In this document: piece after piece, positions 1 through 8,492 of the stretch
How positions within the stretch are numbered: position 1 is the first letter of the stretch
Layout of the letters: each line of letters opens with the position of its first letter
Assembly: GCF_000172995.2 (NCBI RefSeq)
Contig: NC_014729.1
Coordinates: forward strand, 240,001-272,000
Direction: 5' to 3'
Source of the DNA: Halogeometricum borinquense DSM 11551
Lineage (GTDB): Archaea; Halobacteriota; Halobacteria; Halobacteriales; Haloferacaceae
DNA: 32,000 bases
Notes under the pieces: model-generated
Databases searched by the model: none
Told to the model about the DNA's origin: nothing
Seen by the model: the letters and a program-made list of their open reading frames with translations, nothing else
Position numbers and translations under genes: made by a program

Positions 1-66
1 GAGGTACCGCGATCCCTGAATTGTTCTTGAATGGCTCGCCTTCTCTCCCGACATTGTCTACACTCT

Positions 67-173
67 CGCCGCTTTCAGATGCGTCCGTACACCCGCCGAT
101 TTGGACACATCCGTACACCCGTCGCTTTCGGGCACGTCCGTACACCCGCCGCCTTCGGTGACTTTACGCGCGG
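67..173. repeat. Imperfect tandem direct repeats with a 26-27 bp period: 3 clean units plus a degenerate 4th. Core TCCGTACACCCG at 84-95, 110-121 and 137-148
   Basis: Read directly: cgccgctttcagatgcgtccgtacacc / cgccgatttggacacatccgtacacc / cgtcgctttcgggcacgtccgtacacc / cgccgccttcggtgac... The array ends just upstream of the TATA-like CTTTAC of hisA. Confidence 0.85.
162..167 (+). promoter_or_regulatory. TATA-like element (CTTTAC) about 28 nt upstream of the hisA ATG, suggesting a leaderless transcript
   Basis: A/T-rich hexamer in GC-rich context at the spacing typical for haloarchaeal TATA-to-TSS distance. No TSS data available. Confidence 0.4.
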
Positions 174-192
174 TGCGCGTCCACACACGTCT

Positions 193-930
193 ATGGCTGA
201 GGCGTTCCCGACGTTCGAGGTGGTTCCAGCAGTAGATATGCAGGACGGCGAAGTCGTCCAGTTAGTACAGGGCGAACGCGGCACGGAGAAACGATACGGT
301 GACCCTGTCGCGGCCGCCGAGCGGTGGATCAATGAGGGGGCGGACACGCTCCATCTCGTGGACTTAGACGGTGCGTTCGAGGGTGAGCGACAGAACGCCG
401 ACGCTGTCGAGGCCGTCGTGGATGCCGTGGATGTCCCCGTCCAGTTGGGCGGTGGGATCCGAACTGCCGCGGACGCAATCGACCTCCTCGAACGCGGCGT
501 CGAACGCGTCATTCTCGGCACCGCCGCCGTGGAGAATCCCGACATCGTCCGGGAGATAAGCGACGCACACCCCGGATCGGTAATGGTGAGCCTTGACGCG
601 AAAGACGGCGAAGTCGTCGTCTCCGGATGGACCGAGGGAACGGGGCTGGATCCCGCTGCGGCCGCGGCCCGCTACGAGGAACTCGGTGCGGGCGCGATTT
701 TGTTCACCGACGTGGATGTTGAAGGACAGTTAGAGGGCATTCAGACGGCCGTCACACAGCGTGTCGTCGATGCCGTCACCATCCCCGTTGTCGCCTCCGG
801 CGGCGTCGCGTCGCTCTCGGACGTTCGAGCGTTGAAAGAAGCGGGTGCCGCCGCTGTCGTCGTCGGGACGGCACTCTACGAAGACGCGTTCACGCTTCAA
901 GCCGCACAGGACGCGGTAAGCGAGGACTAA
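193..930 (+). CDS. hisA: HisA, ProFAR isomerase (histidine biosynthesis)
   Basis: From the internal ATG at 193: MAEAFPTFEVVPAVDMQDGEVVQLVQG...GGGIR...VVASGGV, the typical HisA (beta/alpha)8 signature. The ORF-track extension 31-192 is basic and coincides with the tandem repeats, so it is not coding. Confidence 0.9.
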   Translation: MAEAFPTFEVVPAVDMQDGEVVQLVQGERGTEKRYGDPVAAAERWINEGADTLHLVDLDGAFEGERQNADAVEAVVDAVDVPVQLGGGIRTAADAIDLLERGVERVILGTAAVENPDIVREISDAHPGSVMVSLDAKDGEVVVSGWTEGTGLDPAAAAARYEELGAGAILFTDVDVEGQLEGIQTAVTQRVVDAVTIPVVASGGVASLSDVRALKEAGAAAVVVGTALYEDAFTLQAAQDAVSED

Positions 931-960
931 CGCGCAAGGCGTGCAGACGCCGGGACGCGC

Positions 961-1224
961 TCATTTTGGATTTCGGTGTCCACTTCCGCTTTGGCTCCCG
1001 CTCTGACTCCACGCTCTCCTTTTTCCCCCACTCCCGTCTGTGTCCGCTGCCCGGAGCGCAGACAGCTTTGCGACGACTGCGGTCGAAACAAGCGCGATGA
1101 GCGCGACGCCCAGTGCCGCCCCCGTCCCAGACTGTGCGAACAGGAGGAGACACCCGACTCCGAGCGTGTACAGCGCCAGTACTGCCCCCTTTACTCCCAT
1201 GGTGTTTCCTAGCACTGTCGTCAA
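961..1224 (-). CDS. Small hypothetical membrane protein (2 predicted TM helices, Gly/Ser/Gln-rich tail). The start could instead be the internal ATG at 1200
   Basis: The ORF has hydrophobic stretches GAVLALYTLGVGCLLLF and ALGVALIALVSTAVVA and fills the hisA-hisB gap. No recognisable family. Confidence 0.45.
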   Translation of the reverse strand: MTTVLGNTMGVKGAVLALYTLGVGCLLLFAQSGTGAALGVALIALVSTAVVAKLSALRAADTDGSGGKRRAWSQSGSQSGSGHRNPK

Positions 1225-1339
1225 TACCTATGAATATCCGGCAGACAGGCGTCAGACGGGTACAAAACGGATACCAGCGTTTCTGTCTCCCGACTCCGAA
1301 GAACGCAACCGTGATACTGTTTGACGACGACACGCGAAT

Positions 1340-1951
1340 ATGAGCGACGACGCCGACTCGGACGCCACGTCGCGGACGGCCGCCGTCTCCCGTGAGACGG
1401 CCGAGACGACCATCGAGGTGACACTGACGATAGACGGCGACGGCGACGCCACCGTGGATACCGGCGTCGGATTTTTCGATCACATGCTCGAAGCGTTCGC
1501 CAAGCACGGCCTATTCGATCTGACGGTCAACTGTGACGGCGACTTAGAAATCGACGACCACCACACCGTCGAGGACGTGGCTATCGTCATCGGCGACGCC
1601 TTCTCCGAAGCGCTCGGCGACAAACGCGGTATCGTCCGCTACGCCGACCGGCAGGTCCCTCTTGACGAAGCCGTTGCGGGCGTCGTTGTGGACGTGAGCG
1701 GCCGGCCGTACTTCGACTTCGATGGCGAGTTCTCCCAAGAGCAAATCGGGGACTTCACGAGCGACATGGCCCGGCACTTCGGCTACTCGCTGGCGATGCA
1801 CGCCGGACTCACGCTTCATACCGAGATCCGCGGCGAGAACGCCCACCACGAGGCCGAAGCCCTGTTTAAGGCGCTCGCTCGCGCACTGGACGACGCGACG
1901 CGAGTAGACCCGCGGCGAAGCGATACGCCGAGTACGAAGGGCGAACTCTGA
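1340..1951 (+). CDS. hisB: HisB, imidazoleglycerol-phosphate dehydratase
   Basis: Motifs [28 protein letters not shown] and [19 protein letters not shown] are the two conserved His-rich IGPD motifs. Confidence 0.92.
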   Translation: MSDDADSDATSRTAAVSRETAETTIEVTLTIDGDGDATVDTGVGFFDHMLEAFAKHGLFDLTVNCDGDLEIDDHHTVEDVAIVIGDAFSEALGDKRGIVRYADRQVPLDEAVAGVVVDVSGRPYFDFDGEFSQEQIGDFTSDMARHFGYSLAMHAGLTLHTEIRGENAHHEAEALFKALARALDDATRVDPRRSDTPSTKGEL

Positions 1952-2215
1952 GGTTTGTCGGCGCCCGACGAGTTCCGACCGCGTAACTCCCAGTTATCGG
2001 TCGTAGCGCTCGGAGCGGGCGAGGACAGCGAGTGCAACCCCCATCACGAGCATCGGTGGGACGGTCCCGTCAGTGACTGCTGCTGTCACACCTCCAACGA
2101 CCAGCCCTACTCCGGTGATCCCCGCGTTTTCACCCGATTTCGAGTGGGTGCCGGAAGTGACATACGTGACCCCGTTTTCGCTATCCTATACTTTCTTGCA
2201 GTGGTTTTTGCGGTC

Positions 2216-3022
2216 TCACGCGCGCCGTAACTGGCCGCCGTCGTCGGCTAACACGTCGCGGTGAATGGCGTACTCGATGATGTCGTCCACTTGGCTCGGG
2301 TCGAGGTCGTACGCGCCGCTTGCCAAATCCGCGAATTCGGTTCTTTCGACGGGGAATTCGCGGTTGTTCAGCAGGCGCATTACTTTCCGGAAGTTCGGCG
2401 GTTCCGACTCGGCGGGTTCCGCGTCGGTTTCCTTCGTCTCGGTCGGCGTCTCGTCGGTCTCGTTCGTGGTTTCGTCATCTGCGCGTGACTCTCTTTGCTC
2501 TCCCTCGTCGGCCGCACCGGCGGTGTCATCCCCGCTCGCTGACGCGTCAGAAGTTTCGACAGCGGCGCTCGGGGTGTCCTCAGTGGCATCGTCGGCTTCC
2601 TCATCGACCGGTTGTTTGTCACTGACTGGTTCGGCTTCGGCGGCCGAGTGGTCGGTCGTTGTCGAGCTGTCTTCCCCGACCAACGTCTCAGCGGGAGTCT
2701 GTGCTGTGGCTGAGGTGTCGGGTGACTGGCCGCTCCCTTCGACTCCCCCATGTTCGCCAGACTCGGTAGATGCTGGGGTTGGGTTGGGCGATGAACTTCG
2801 TTCTCGCTGGGTGTCTTTCTCCACCGACTGTCCGGATTCCCCGGCGCGCAGTCGGTTGAGAAGCGGATCGATGACGGTTTCGAGTGTCTCCAAACAGCCG
2901 TCGCAGAGGACGACCCGACGCTGTTCGGACTCCGTTGGAGACAGTTCTGCGGGCAGGACTTCGTAGATTCCGGCGGCATCGCCGCCACAAAAGTCGCAAC
3001 TGCGCAGTTGACGCATGGACAT
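2216..3022 (-). CDS. Hypothetical protein: N-terminal Zn-ribbon (CDFCG...CDGC), about 170-aa extremely acidic low-complexity linker, conserved-looking C-terminal globular domain
   Basis: Start chosen at MSMRQLRSCDFCGG (ATG at 3022). The linker is rich in D/E/T/S/A (ETDETPTETKETDAEPAESEPP). The C-terminus is NFRKVMRLLNNREFPVERTEFADLASGAYDLDPSQVDDIIEYAIHRDVL. Confidence 0.7.
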   Translation of the reverse strand: MSMRQLRSCDFCGGDAAGIYEVLPAELSPTESEQRRVVLCDGCLETLETVIDPLLNRLRAGESGQSVEKDTQRERSSSPNPTPASTESGEHGGVEGSGQSPDTSATAQTPAETLVGEDSSTTTDHSAAEAEPVSDKQPVDEEADDATEDTPSAAVETSDASASGDDTAGAADEGEQRESRADDETTNETDETPTETKETDAEPAESEPPNFRKVMRLLNNREFPVERTEFADLASGAYDLDPSQVDDIIEYAIHRDVLADDGGQLRRA

Positions 3023-3135
3023 ACGCGATTCGTCTGCCCCACACGAGTTAAACCCTCTTTCCACGCTCGCCGCTTTCGGCCGTGCGGGACGAACATGTGT
3101 CTTAATGCGGGTCGGCGTGTATCCCCCGAAAAGCG

Positions 3136-3639
3136 ATGTTCGACGAGATTATGCGAAAGTTCGAGGGAAGCCCCAGCCAACAGGAGGTTATCCGCCTTCT
3201 CCTCGAACGAGGGTTCTCGGTCAACGACGAGGGTCGCGTCGTCTCCGGCGGCATCGAGATTCCGAACACGGGTATCGCCCGCGAAATCGACGTTGACCGC
3301 CGCGTTGTCGATTCGACGACGAGTGCGATTCTCGAAGACGAGGAACTGCGGCGTATCTTCCAGAACATCTCGTCGATTCCGAGTCTGATGGATCTCGCTC
3401 CGGTCCTTGACCTTTCGGTACTCACCGTCGAAGTTGCCGACGCCGACGCACCGGGAATCGTCGCCGAGATAACCGGCCGCCTTGCAGAGCGCGATATCTC
3501 TATCCGGCAGACCATCAGTGAGGACCCCGAGTTCACCGACGACCCGAAACTCTACCTCGTCACCGACCAACCCGTTCCGGGCGACCTGCTGAACGAACTT
3601 TCGAGCATCTCGTTCGTCCGGCAGATCAGCATCGCCTGA
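3136..3639 (+). CDS. ACT-domain protein, predicted regulator of amino-acid metabolism (COG2150-like)
   Basis: N-terminal HTH-like segment (SPSQQEVIRLLLERGFSV, NTGIAREIDVDRRVV) followed by an ACT-like segment (LTVEVADADAPGIVAEITGRLAERDISIRQ). Confidence 0.7.
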   Translation: MFDEIMRKFEGSPSQQEVIRLLLERGFSVNDEGRVVSGGIEIPNTGIAREIDVDRRVVDSTTSAILEDEELRRIFQNISSIPSLMDLAPVLDLSVLTVEVADADAPGIVAEITGRLAERDISIRQTISEDPEFTDDPKLYLVTDQPVPGDLLNELSSISFVRQISIA

Positions 3640-3721
3640 ACCGAGGTCGCCGTCTCGTGCCGGGGAGTGCTGTCTCGCCGCCGACCGAATCCTTTTGACC
3701 GAACCCGAACCAACACCGTCT

Positions 3722-4342
3722 ATGACCGACGCCTACCGCACCGTCGCCGGTCCCGCCGAGGCCAGTTTCGAGGTTCGCGGGTCGGAGTTCATCGGCTACG
3801 TTGACCGCGCAAACACAGTCGAAAAAGCGGAGGCGTTCATCGACCGAATCGAGGAGCGACATCCGGATGCGACGCACAACGTGCCCGCCTATCGGGTTCC
3901 GGCGGGCGGAGACTCGGGAGGAGCGAACACGATGCTCCGCGAGTACTCCTCTGACGACGGTGAACCGTCCGGGTCCTCCGGCAAACCAGCCCTGAACGTC
4001 CTCGTCCAGCAAGAGATTCGAAACGTCGTCGCCGTCGTCACGCGCTACTACGGCGGCACGAACCTCGGCGTCGGCGGACTCGCTCGCGCGTACTCCCGCG
4101 GCGTGAAGGAGGCCGTCGAGGCCGCCGGGACCGTCGAGGAGGTCCCACACGAGACGTTCTCTGTCACCGTCGCCTACGACGACTCCGGTTCCGTCCGAGG
4201 TCTGTTGGAGAGCGCCGACGTGTCGTTCGACGCCGCCTACGAGGCGGACGTGTCGTTCGACGTGCGCGTCCCAGTCGAGGAAGGTGCGGAACTCCGCGAC
4301 CGACTCAGAAGCGCGACCAGCGGCCGGGCGGATATCGAGTAG
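3722..4342 (+). CDS. YigZ/IMPACT family protein (UPF0029)
   Basis: GSEFIGYV...HNVPAYRV...SSDDGEPSGSSGKPALNVL...VVAVVTRYYGGTNLGVGGLARAY matches the IMPACT N-terminal domain signature. ATG at 3722 is preferred over the TTG at 3695. Confidence 0.8.
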   Translation: MTDAYRTVAGPAEASFEVRGSEFIGYVDRANTVEKAEAFIDRIEERHPDATHNVPAYRVPAGGDSGGANTMLREYSSDDGEPSGSSGKPALNVLVQQEIRNVVAVVTRYYGGTNLGVGGLARAYSRGVKEAVEAAGTVEEVPHETFSVTVAYDDSGSVRGLLESADVSFDAAYEADVSFDVRVPVEEGAELRDRLRSATSGRADIE

Positions 4343-4422
4343 CGGCACGATTCCCCGGTGAATTACCCACCTGAACCGCCGGGAGCGACACACTCAGGGT
4401 GTGAACTTTCGTGCCCAAAACC

Positions 4423-5559
4423 ATGACAGACCGACACGAAGCAGTCGTGGTCGGCGGCGGCATCGTCGGGTCGTCCGTCGCCTACCACCTCGCGCGTGAG
4501 GGCGTCGAAACGCTTCTCGTGGACCGCACCGACGACGGCCGCGCCACTGACGCCGGTGCTGGAATCCTCTCGCCCGGTACGACGAGCAGGGACAACGAGC
4601 CGTGGGTCAAGTTCGCCGTCGAAGCAGTGGCCTACTACGACGAGTTGGTTCCTGTTCTCGAACGCGAACAGGACGGCCCGCACGGCTACGCAAAGCGCGG
4701 CGTTTTGAGCGTCGCTATGGACGACGAGGAGGCCAACGTGTGCGACGAAACGCTCGAACGCGTCCGCAAGCGACAGGAGCGCTTCGGCACGCCCGAACCG
4801 GGAACCGTTGAAGAACTCGACGCTGACGAAGCGCAGGCGAAGTTCCCGCCGCTCGCAGAGACGGAGCGCGCGTTCTTCTCAGCGGACGCCGCTCGCGTCA
4901 ATGGACGGACGTTCGAGGGAGCGCTCCGCCGCGCCGGGCGGACTCACGGTCTGTCCGAACGCGAGGCGAGCGTCGAGACGCTTCTCGTCGATGATGGCGG
5001 CGTGGAGGGCGTCGAACTCGCGGGTGGCGACCAAATCGAGGCTGAGAGCGTCATCATCGCGGGCGGTGCGTGGTCGCAGTCGTTCGGATCGCAACTGGGT
5101 GTCGAGATACCCGTCGAACCGCAACGCGGGCAAATCGTCCACCTCGACGTGGACGCCGACACCGACGGCTGGCCCATCGTTAGCCCATTCCGTGGCCACT
5201 ACATGGTTCCGTGGGACGACGGCCGCGTCGCCGCTGGTGCGACCCGCGAAACTGGTTCGGGATACGCTCCACACACGACCATCGAGGGCCTGACCGAGGT
5301 GTTCGAGCAGGTGCTTCGCGTTGCGCCCGGACTCGCAGACGCAACGCTCCGAACCGCGCGTGTCGGCCTCCGCCCATTGAGTCCCGACGGCCTGCCAGTT
5401 TTGGGTTCGGTTCCGGACGTATCGGATGTCTACCTCTGTACGGGGCACGGACCGACGGGACTGCAGTTGGGACCGTACAGCGGGAAGTTGGTCGCGGATG
5501 CCGTCCGCGGTGAAATACCCGAAACTGATCTCGAACCGTTCGCCGTCTCCCGGTTCTAA
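4423..5559 (+). CDS. FAD-dependent oxidoreductase (DAO family; glycine/D-amino-acid oxidase-like)
   Basis: N-terminal dinucleotide fold VVVGGGIVGSSVAYHLAREG. The length and the C-terminal GHGPTGLQLGPYSGKLVA are typical of the DAO family. Substrate unknown. Confidence 0.8.
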   Translation: MTDRHEAVVVGGGIVGSSVAYHLAREGVETLLVDRTDDGRATDAGAGILSPGTTSRDNEPWVKFAVEAVAYYDELVPVLEREQDGPHGYAKRGVLSVAMDDEEANVCDETLERVRKRQERFGTPEPGTVEELDADEAQAKFPPLAETERAFFSADAARVNGRTFEGALRRAGRTHGLSEREASVETLLVDDGGVEGVELAGGDQIEAESVIIAGGAWSQSFGSQLGVEIPVEPQRGQIVHLDVDADTDGWPIVSPFRGHYMVPWDDGRVAAGATRETGSGYAPHTTIEGLTEVFEQVLRVAPGLADATLRTARVGLRPLSPDGLPVLGSVPDVSDVYLCTGHGPTGLQLGPYSGKLVADAVRGEIPETDLEPFAVSRF

Positions 5560-5627
5560 GCCACCGACTCGCGGCCGTCCCCGCCGGTGGGCGTAACACT
5601 TTCACGAGACGCTTCGAAGGCGGCGAC

Positions 5628-7787
5628 ATGTCTCAGATTTCTGCGACTGACTACCACGATATTGTGCAGGTCGAGGATCCGCAGGTGTCACCCGACGGAA
5701 CGCGCGTCGCGTTCGTCCGAAAAGAACCGAAAGATGACGAATCGTACGAACAGACGATCTACGTCGTCCCGGCCGCGGGTGACTCCGATCCACGACGACT
5801 CACCATCGCAGAAGGTGTCGATTCCCAGCCCCGATGGAGTCCTTCGGGCGACCGACTCGCGTTCGTCTCGACACGCGGTGCGGACGACGACCGCCCGCAA
5901 CTGTGGGTCCTTCCAATGGACGGCGGCGAGGCCGAACAGGTGACCGACGTACCGGGCGGCGTTTCGGGCATCGAGTGGAGTCCGGATGGGACTCGAATCG
6001 CCTTCCAGCAGGCGACCACCGAGACCGAACGCGAGGACGGAATCGATCTCGGAATCGGCGACGAGGAGTACGAACGCGAGGCATCCGATCCCCGTGTCAT
6101 CGACCGTCTGATTTATCGCCAACAGACACAGTACCGCGATGGCACGGTCGCGCACGTCTATCTCGCCCACGTGGACCGAGACGACGACCGGGTCGAACGG
6201 GTCACCGACGGTGAACTCGACCACGTCGCTCCTGCGTGGCGCGACGACGACACACTCTATTTCGGCGTGAAGTTCCCGCAGGGTGAGGTCGAACCCGACG
6301 ACAGTCCCGTCATCGATATCCAGTCTGTGGAGTTGCCCTCTGGCGACGTGACGGACGTGACGCAGACGACCTGTTGGGGCCTCGTGATGGACGTTGCCTC
6401 CGACGGCCGCGTCGCCTACGTCCGCACGCCCGAGGAACGAATGTCGATGCGGAGTTCCGACATCGAAGTGTACGACCCCGAGACGGAACGAGCGGTCGTC
6501 CCCACCGAAACGCTCGACCGGACTGTAGACCTTGCGGCCGGCCTCTCGTGGGGACCGGACGAGGAAGACGTGTACTTCCTCACGCCCGATGGAGGCCATT
6601 ACGTCACCCGGCGGGTTTCGGCCGATGTCGAAGAAAGGAGCTCTGCAGACCGGGAAACACAGTCTGACGACGCCGAACCAGAACTCCTCATCAGCGACGG
6701 GCATACTACTGGATTCTCTATCGGCGCTCGCTCCGACTCGCCCGTCCTCGCTGTCGCCAAAAGCGAATGGGACCACCCGGGCGACGTGTTCGTCTTCGAA
6801 TCGGACGAAGAACGTCGTCTGACTGAGGTGAACGCCGATTACCTCACGGAGGTTGACGTACAGGAACCCGAGGAGATCTGGTTCGAGTCCGACGGCGTCG
6901 AGGTGCAGGGATGGGTGCTGACGCCGCCCGGATGCAGCGAAGATGAGACGTACCCGCTCGCAGTCGAGATTCACGGCGGCCCGCACGCGATGTGGTCCAC
7001 CTCGGGGACGATGTGGCACGAGTACCAACTCTTGGCCGCGCGCGGCTACGTCGTTTTCTGGTCGAATCCACGCGGATCGACCGGCTACGGAGAGGAGTTC
7101 GCCACTGCCATCGAATCCGACTGGGGTGACGTGACGATGACCGACGTGATGAACGGCGTCGAGCGCGTCTGCGACCGTGACTACGTGGACGCCGAGAACG
7201 CCTTCGTCACCGGCGGGTCGTTCGGCGGGTACATGACCGGGTGGATCGTCGGCCACACCGACTTTTTCGCGGGTGCTGTCGGTCAACGGGGCGTCTACGA
7301 CCTCTCGTCGTTCTACGGTTCGACAGACGCCTTCAAACTCATCGAGGGCGACTTCGACACGACGCCGTGGGACGACCCCGAGTTCCTCTGGGAGAAGTCA
7401 CCCGTCGCCTACGCCGACAACGTGACGACGCCGACGCTCGTGATGCACGCGGACAACGACTTTCGCGTCCCCGTCAACAACGGTGAGATGTTCTACCTGT
7501 TCATGAAGAAGAACGGCGTCGAGACGCGTTTCGTTCGCTATCCGCGCGAGGGCCACGAACTCTCGCGGTCCGGCGAACCCGGCCACGTCGTAGACCGCCT
7601 CGAACGCACCGTCCGTTGGTTTGACGGCTACTCGGACTACCACGACGTGCCCAAAGCGCTCGAACGCGGTGACGACGGCCTGTCCGCGAATGAGAGTGAC
7701 AGCGAGTCAGACGACGAGGCCGACGCCAGCGACGACGCCGAAACTGGCAACACCGACGGCGACACTTCTGCGGACACCGACGAGTAA
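5628..7787 (+). CDS. S9 family serine peptidase (prolyl oligopeptidase/acylaminoacyl-peptidase type) with N-terminal beta-propeller and acidic C-terminal tail
   Basis: Repeated PxxSPDGxxxAF propeller motifs. Catalytic GGSFGGYM (Ser), HADNDFRVP (Asp) and YPREGHEL (His). Confidence 0.88.
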   Translation: MSQISATDYHDIVQVEDPQVSPDGTRVAFVRKEPKDDESYEQTIYVVPAAGDSDPRRLTIAEGVDSQPRWSPSGDRLAFVSTRGADDDRPQLWVLPMDGGEAEQVTDVPGGVSGIEWSPDGTRIAFQQATTETEREDGIDLGIGDEEYEREASDPRVIDRLIYRQQTQYRDGTVAHVYLAHVDRDDDRVERVTDGELDHVAPAWRDDDTLYFGVKFPQGEVEPDDSPVIDIQSVELPSGDVTDVTQTTCWGLVMDVASDGRVAYVRTPEERMSMRSSDIEVYDPETERAVVPTETLDRTVDLAAGLSWGPDEEDVYFLTPDGGHYVTRRVSADVEERSSADRETQSDDAEPELLISDGHTTGFSIGARSDSPVLAVAKSEWDHPGDVFVFESDEERRLTEVNADYLTEVDVQEPEEIWFESDGVEVQGWVLTPPGCSEDETYPLAVEIHGGPHAMWSTSGTMWHEYQLLAARGYVVFWSNPRGSTGYGEEFATAIESDWGDVTMTDVMNGVERVCDRDYVDAENAFVTGGSFGGYMTGWIVGHTDFFAGAVGQRGVYDLSSFYGSTDAFKLIEGDFDTTPWDDPEFLWEKSPVAYADNVTTPTLVMHADNDFRVPVNNGEMFYLFMKKNGVETRFVRYPREGHELSRSGEPGHVVDRLERTVRWFDGYSDYHDVPKALERGDDGLSANESDSESDDEADASDDAETGNTDGDTSADTDE

Positions 7788-7897
7788 ATTCTTCCCGGCG
7801 TTCCGCTTCTCAGGGGCAATGCGTGGATGATTGTGGTTGTTCTTCATACACGTCAACGTCCGGTGATTTAACCCGGCGACGACGCCATAACGACACC

Positions 7898-8167
7898 GTG
7901 TCACTCCAACTGATCGCGCCGGCAGTCTTGGGACTGGCTTGTCTGGTCGTGGGGTACGTACTCGTGTTTCGCGTTGAGACGGCGCTTGCTGTCCAAGAGA
8001 AGTATGCGGAGGCAGCTAGCTCGACACCGCCCTCAGAGAATCCTGAGTACTACGAAGAGACACACGAGCATCGGCGGTGGACGTTCTATTTGGGTGGTAT
8101 GGTTTTGCTTGCGGTCGGTACCCTGCTGATCGCAGCGGCGGTCTACGGAACGTTCTCCGTCGAATAG
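7898..8167 (+). CDS. Small hypothetical membrane protein (2 TM)
   Basis: GTG at 7898 gives VSLQLIAPAVLGLACLVVGYVLVF...GGMVLLAVGTLLIAAAVYG. A TTTAA element at 7867-7871 lies about 29 nt upstream, consistent with a leaderless start. The longer ORF from 7823 has an implausible Cys/Ser/Arg-rich N-terminus. Confidence 0.45.
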   Translation: MSLQLIAPAVLGLACLVVGYVLVFRVETALAVQEKYAEAASSTPPSENPEYYEETHEHRRWTFYLGGMVLLAVGTLLIAAAVYGTFSVE

Positions 8168-8197
8168 CTCTTGGATCGAGTGTGTTACATGATCTCA

Positions 8198-8223
8198 GAT
8201 ATATAATAACTTCTCGATATATA
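8198..8223. promoter_or_regulatory. Duplicated GATATATA elements (8198-8205 and 8216-8223) in an AT-rich patch between two convergent genes
   Basis: Read directly: cagatatataataacttctcgatatatactg. These are strong TATA-like sequences with no ORF downstream on either strand. Confidence 0.35.
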
Positions 8224-8492
8224 CTGCTCCTAACCGCTATACGGGATAGTTTCATATCCACTTTTTCAATACGCTATCTCACCGCAGTCGGGTGGTTTTC
8301 GAGGCGAAGTGAAGGGGTTTTGACCATCGCAATCTCACTGACGCTCCGTGTCTCTCAGGACGGGTACGTTTCGCGTGGAACGCGACGGGTGGTCCGTTTC
8401 CACTCGTTCGGTTCGAAAGAAAATCGCACGACTGCATCGATGTTCGACCCGAAGCGGAGGGGTTTGGGTGCGACCGAGCTACTTGACGACCG

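Noticed and set aside
67-173. Possible mini-CRISPR array
   Set aside because: There are only 3-4 abutting units of 26-27 bp with no unique spacers between them and no cas genes. It is a tandem repeat, not repeat-spacer architecture.
31-192. N-terminal 54-codon extension of the hisA ORF in the six-frame track
   Set aside because: The translation is Arg/His-rich and repetitive (RTPVAFGH/RTPAAFG) because it reads through the 26-27 bp tandem DNA repeats. The HisA homology begins at the ATG at 193, which has a TATA-like element about 28 nt upstream.
1952-2215. Hydrophobic peptide-like reading frame on the minus strand between hisB and the Zn-ribbon gene (…GITGVGLVVGGVTAAVTDGTVPPMLVMGVALAVLARSERYDR*)
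   Set aside because: It looks TM-like, but the frame is closed by a stop upstream. The only candidate starts (an internal GTG or ATG) would give 31 aa or fewer, so I cannot support it as a gene without expression or conservation data.
2380-3570. 396-aa minus-strand ORF spanning two genes and their promoter region
   Set aside because: The translation is extremely basic and Pro/Arg/Thr-rich. It crosses the divergent intergenic region and overlaps well-supported genes on both strands.
5688-7286. 532-aa ORF antisense to the S9 peptidase
   Set aside because: It is Arg/Gly/Val-rich and basic, unlike an acidic haloarchaeal proteome. It is the typical long antisense ORF of a GC-rich gene, and the sense strand has clear catalytic motifs.
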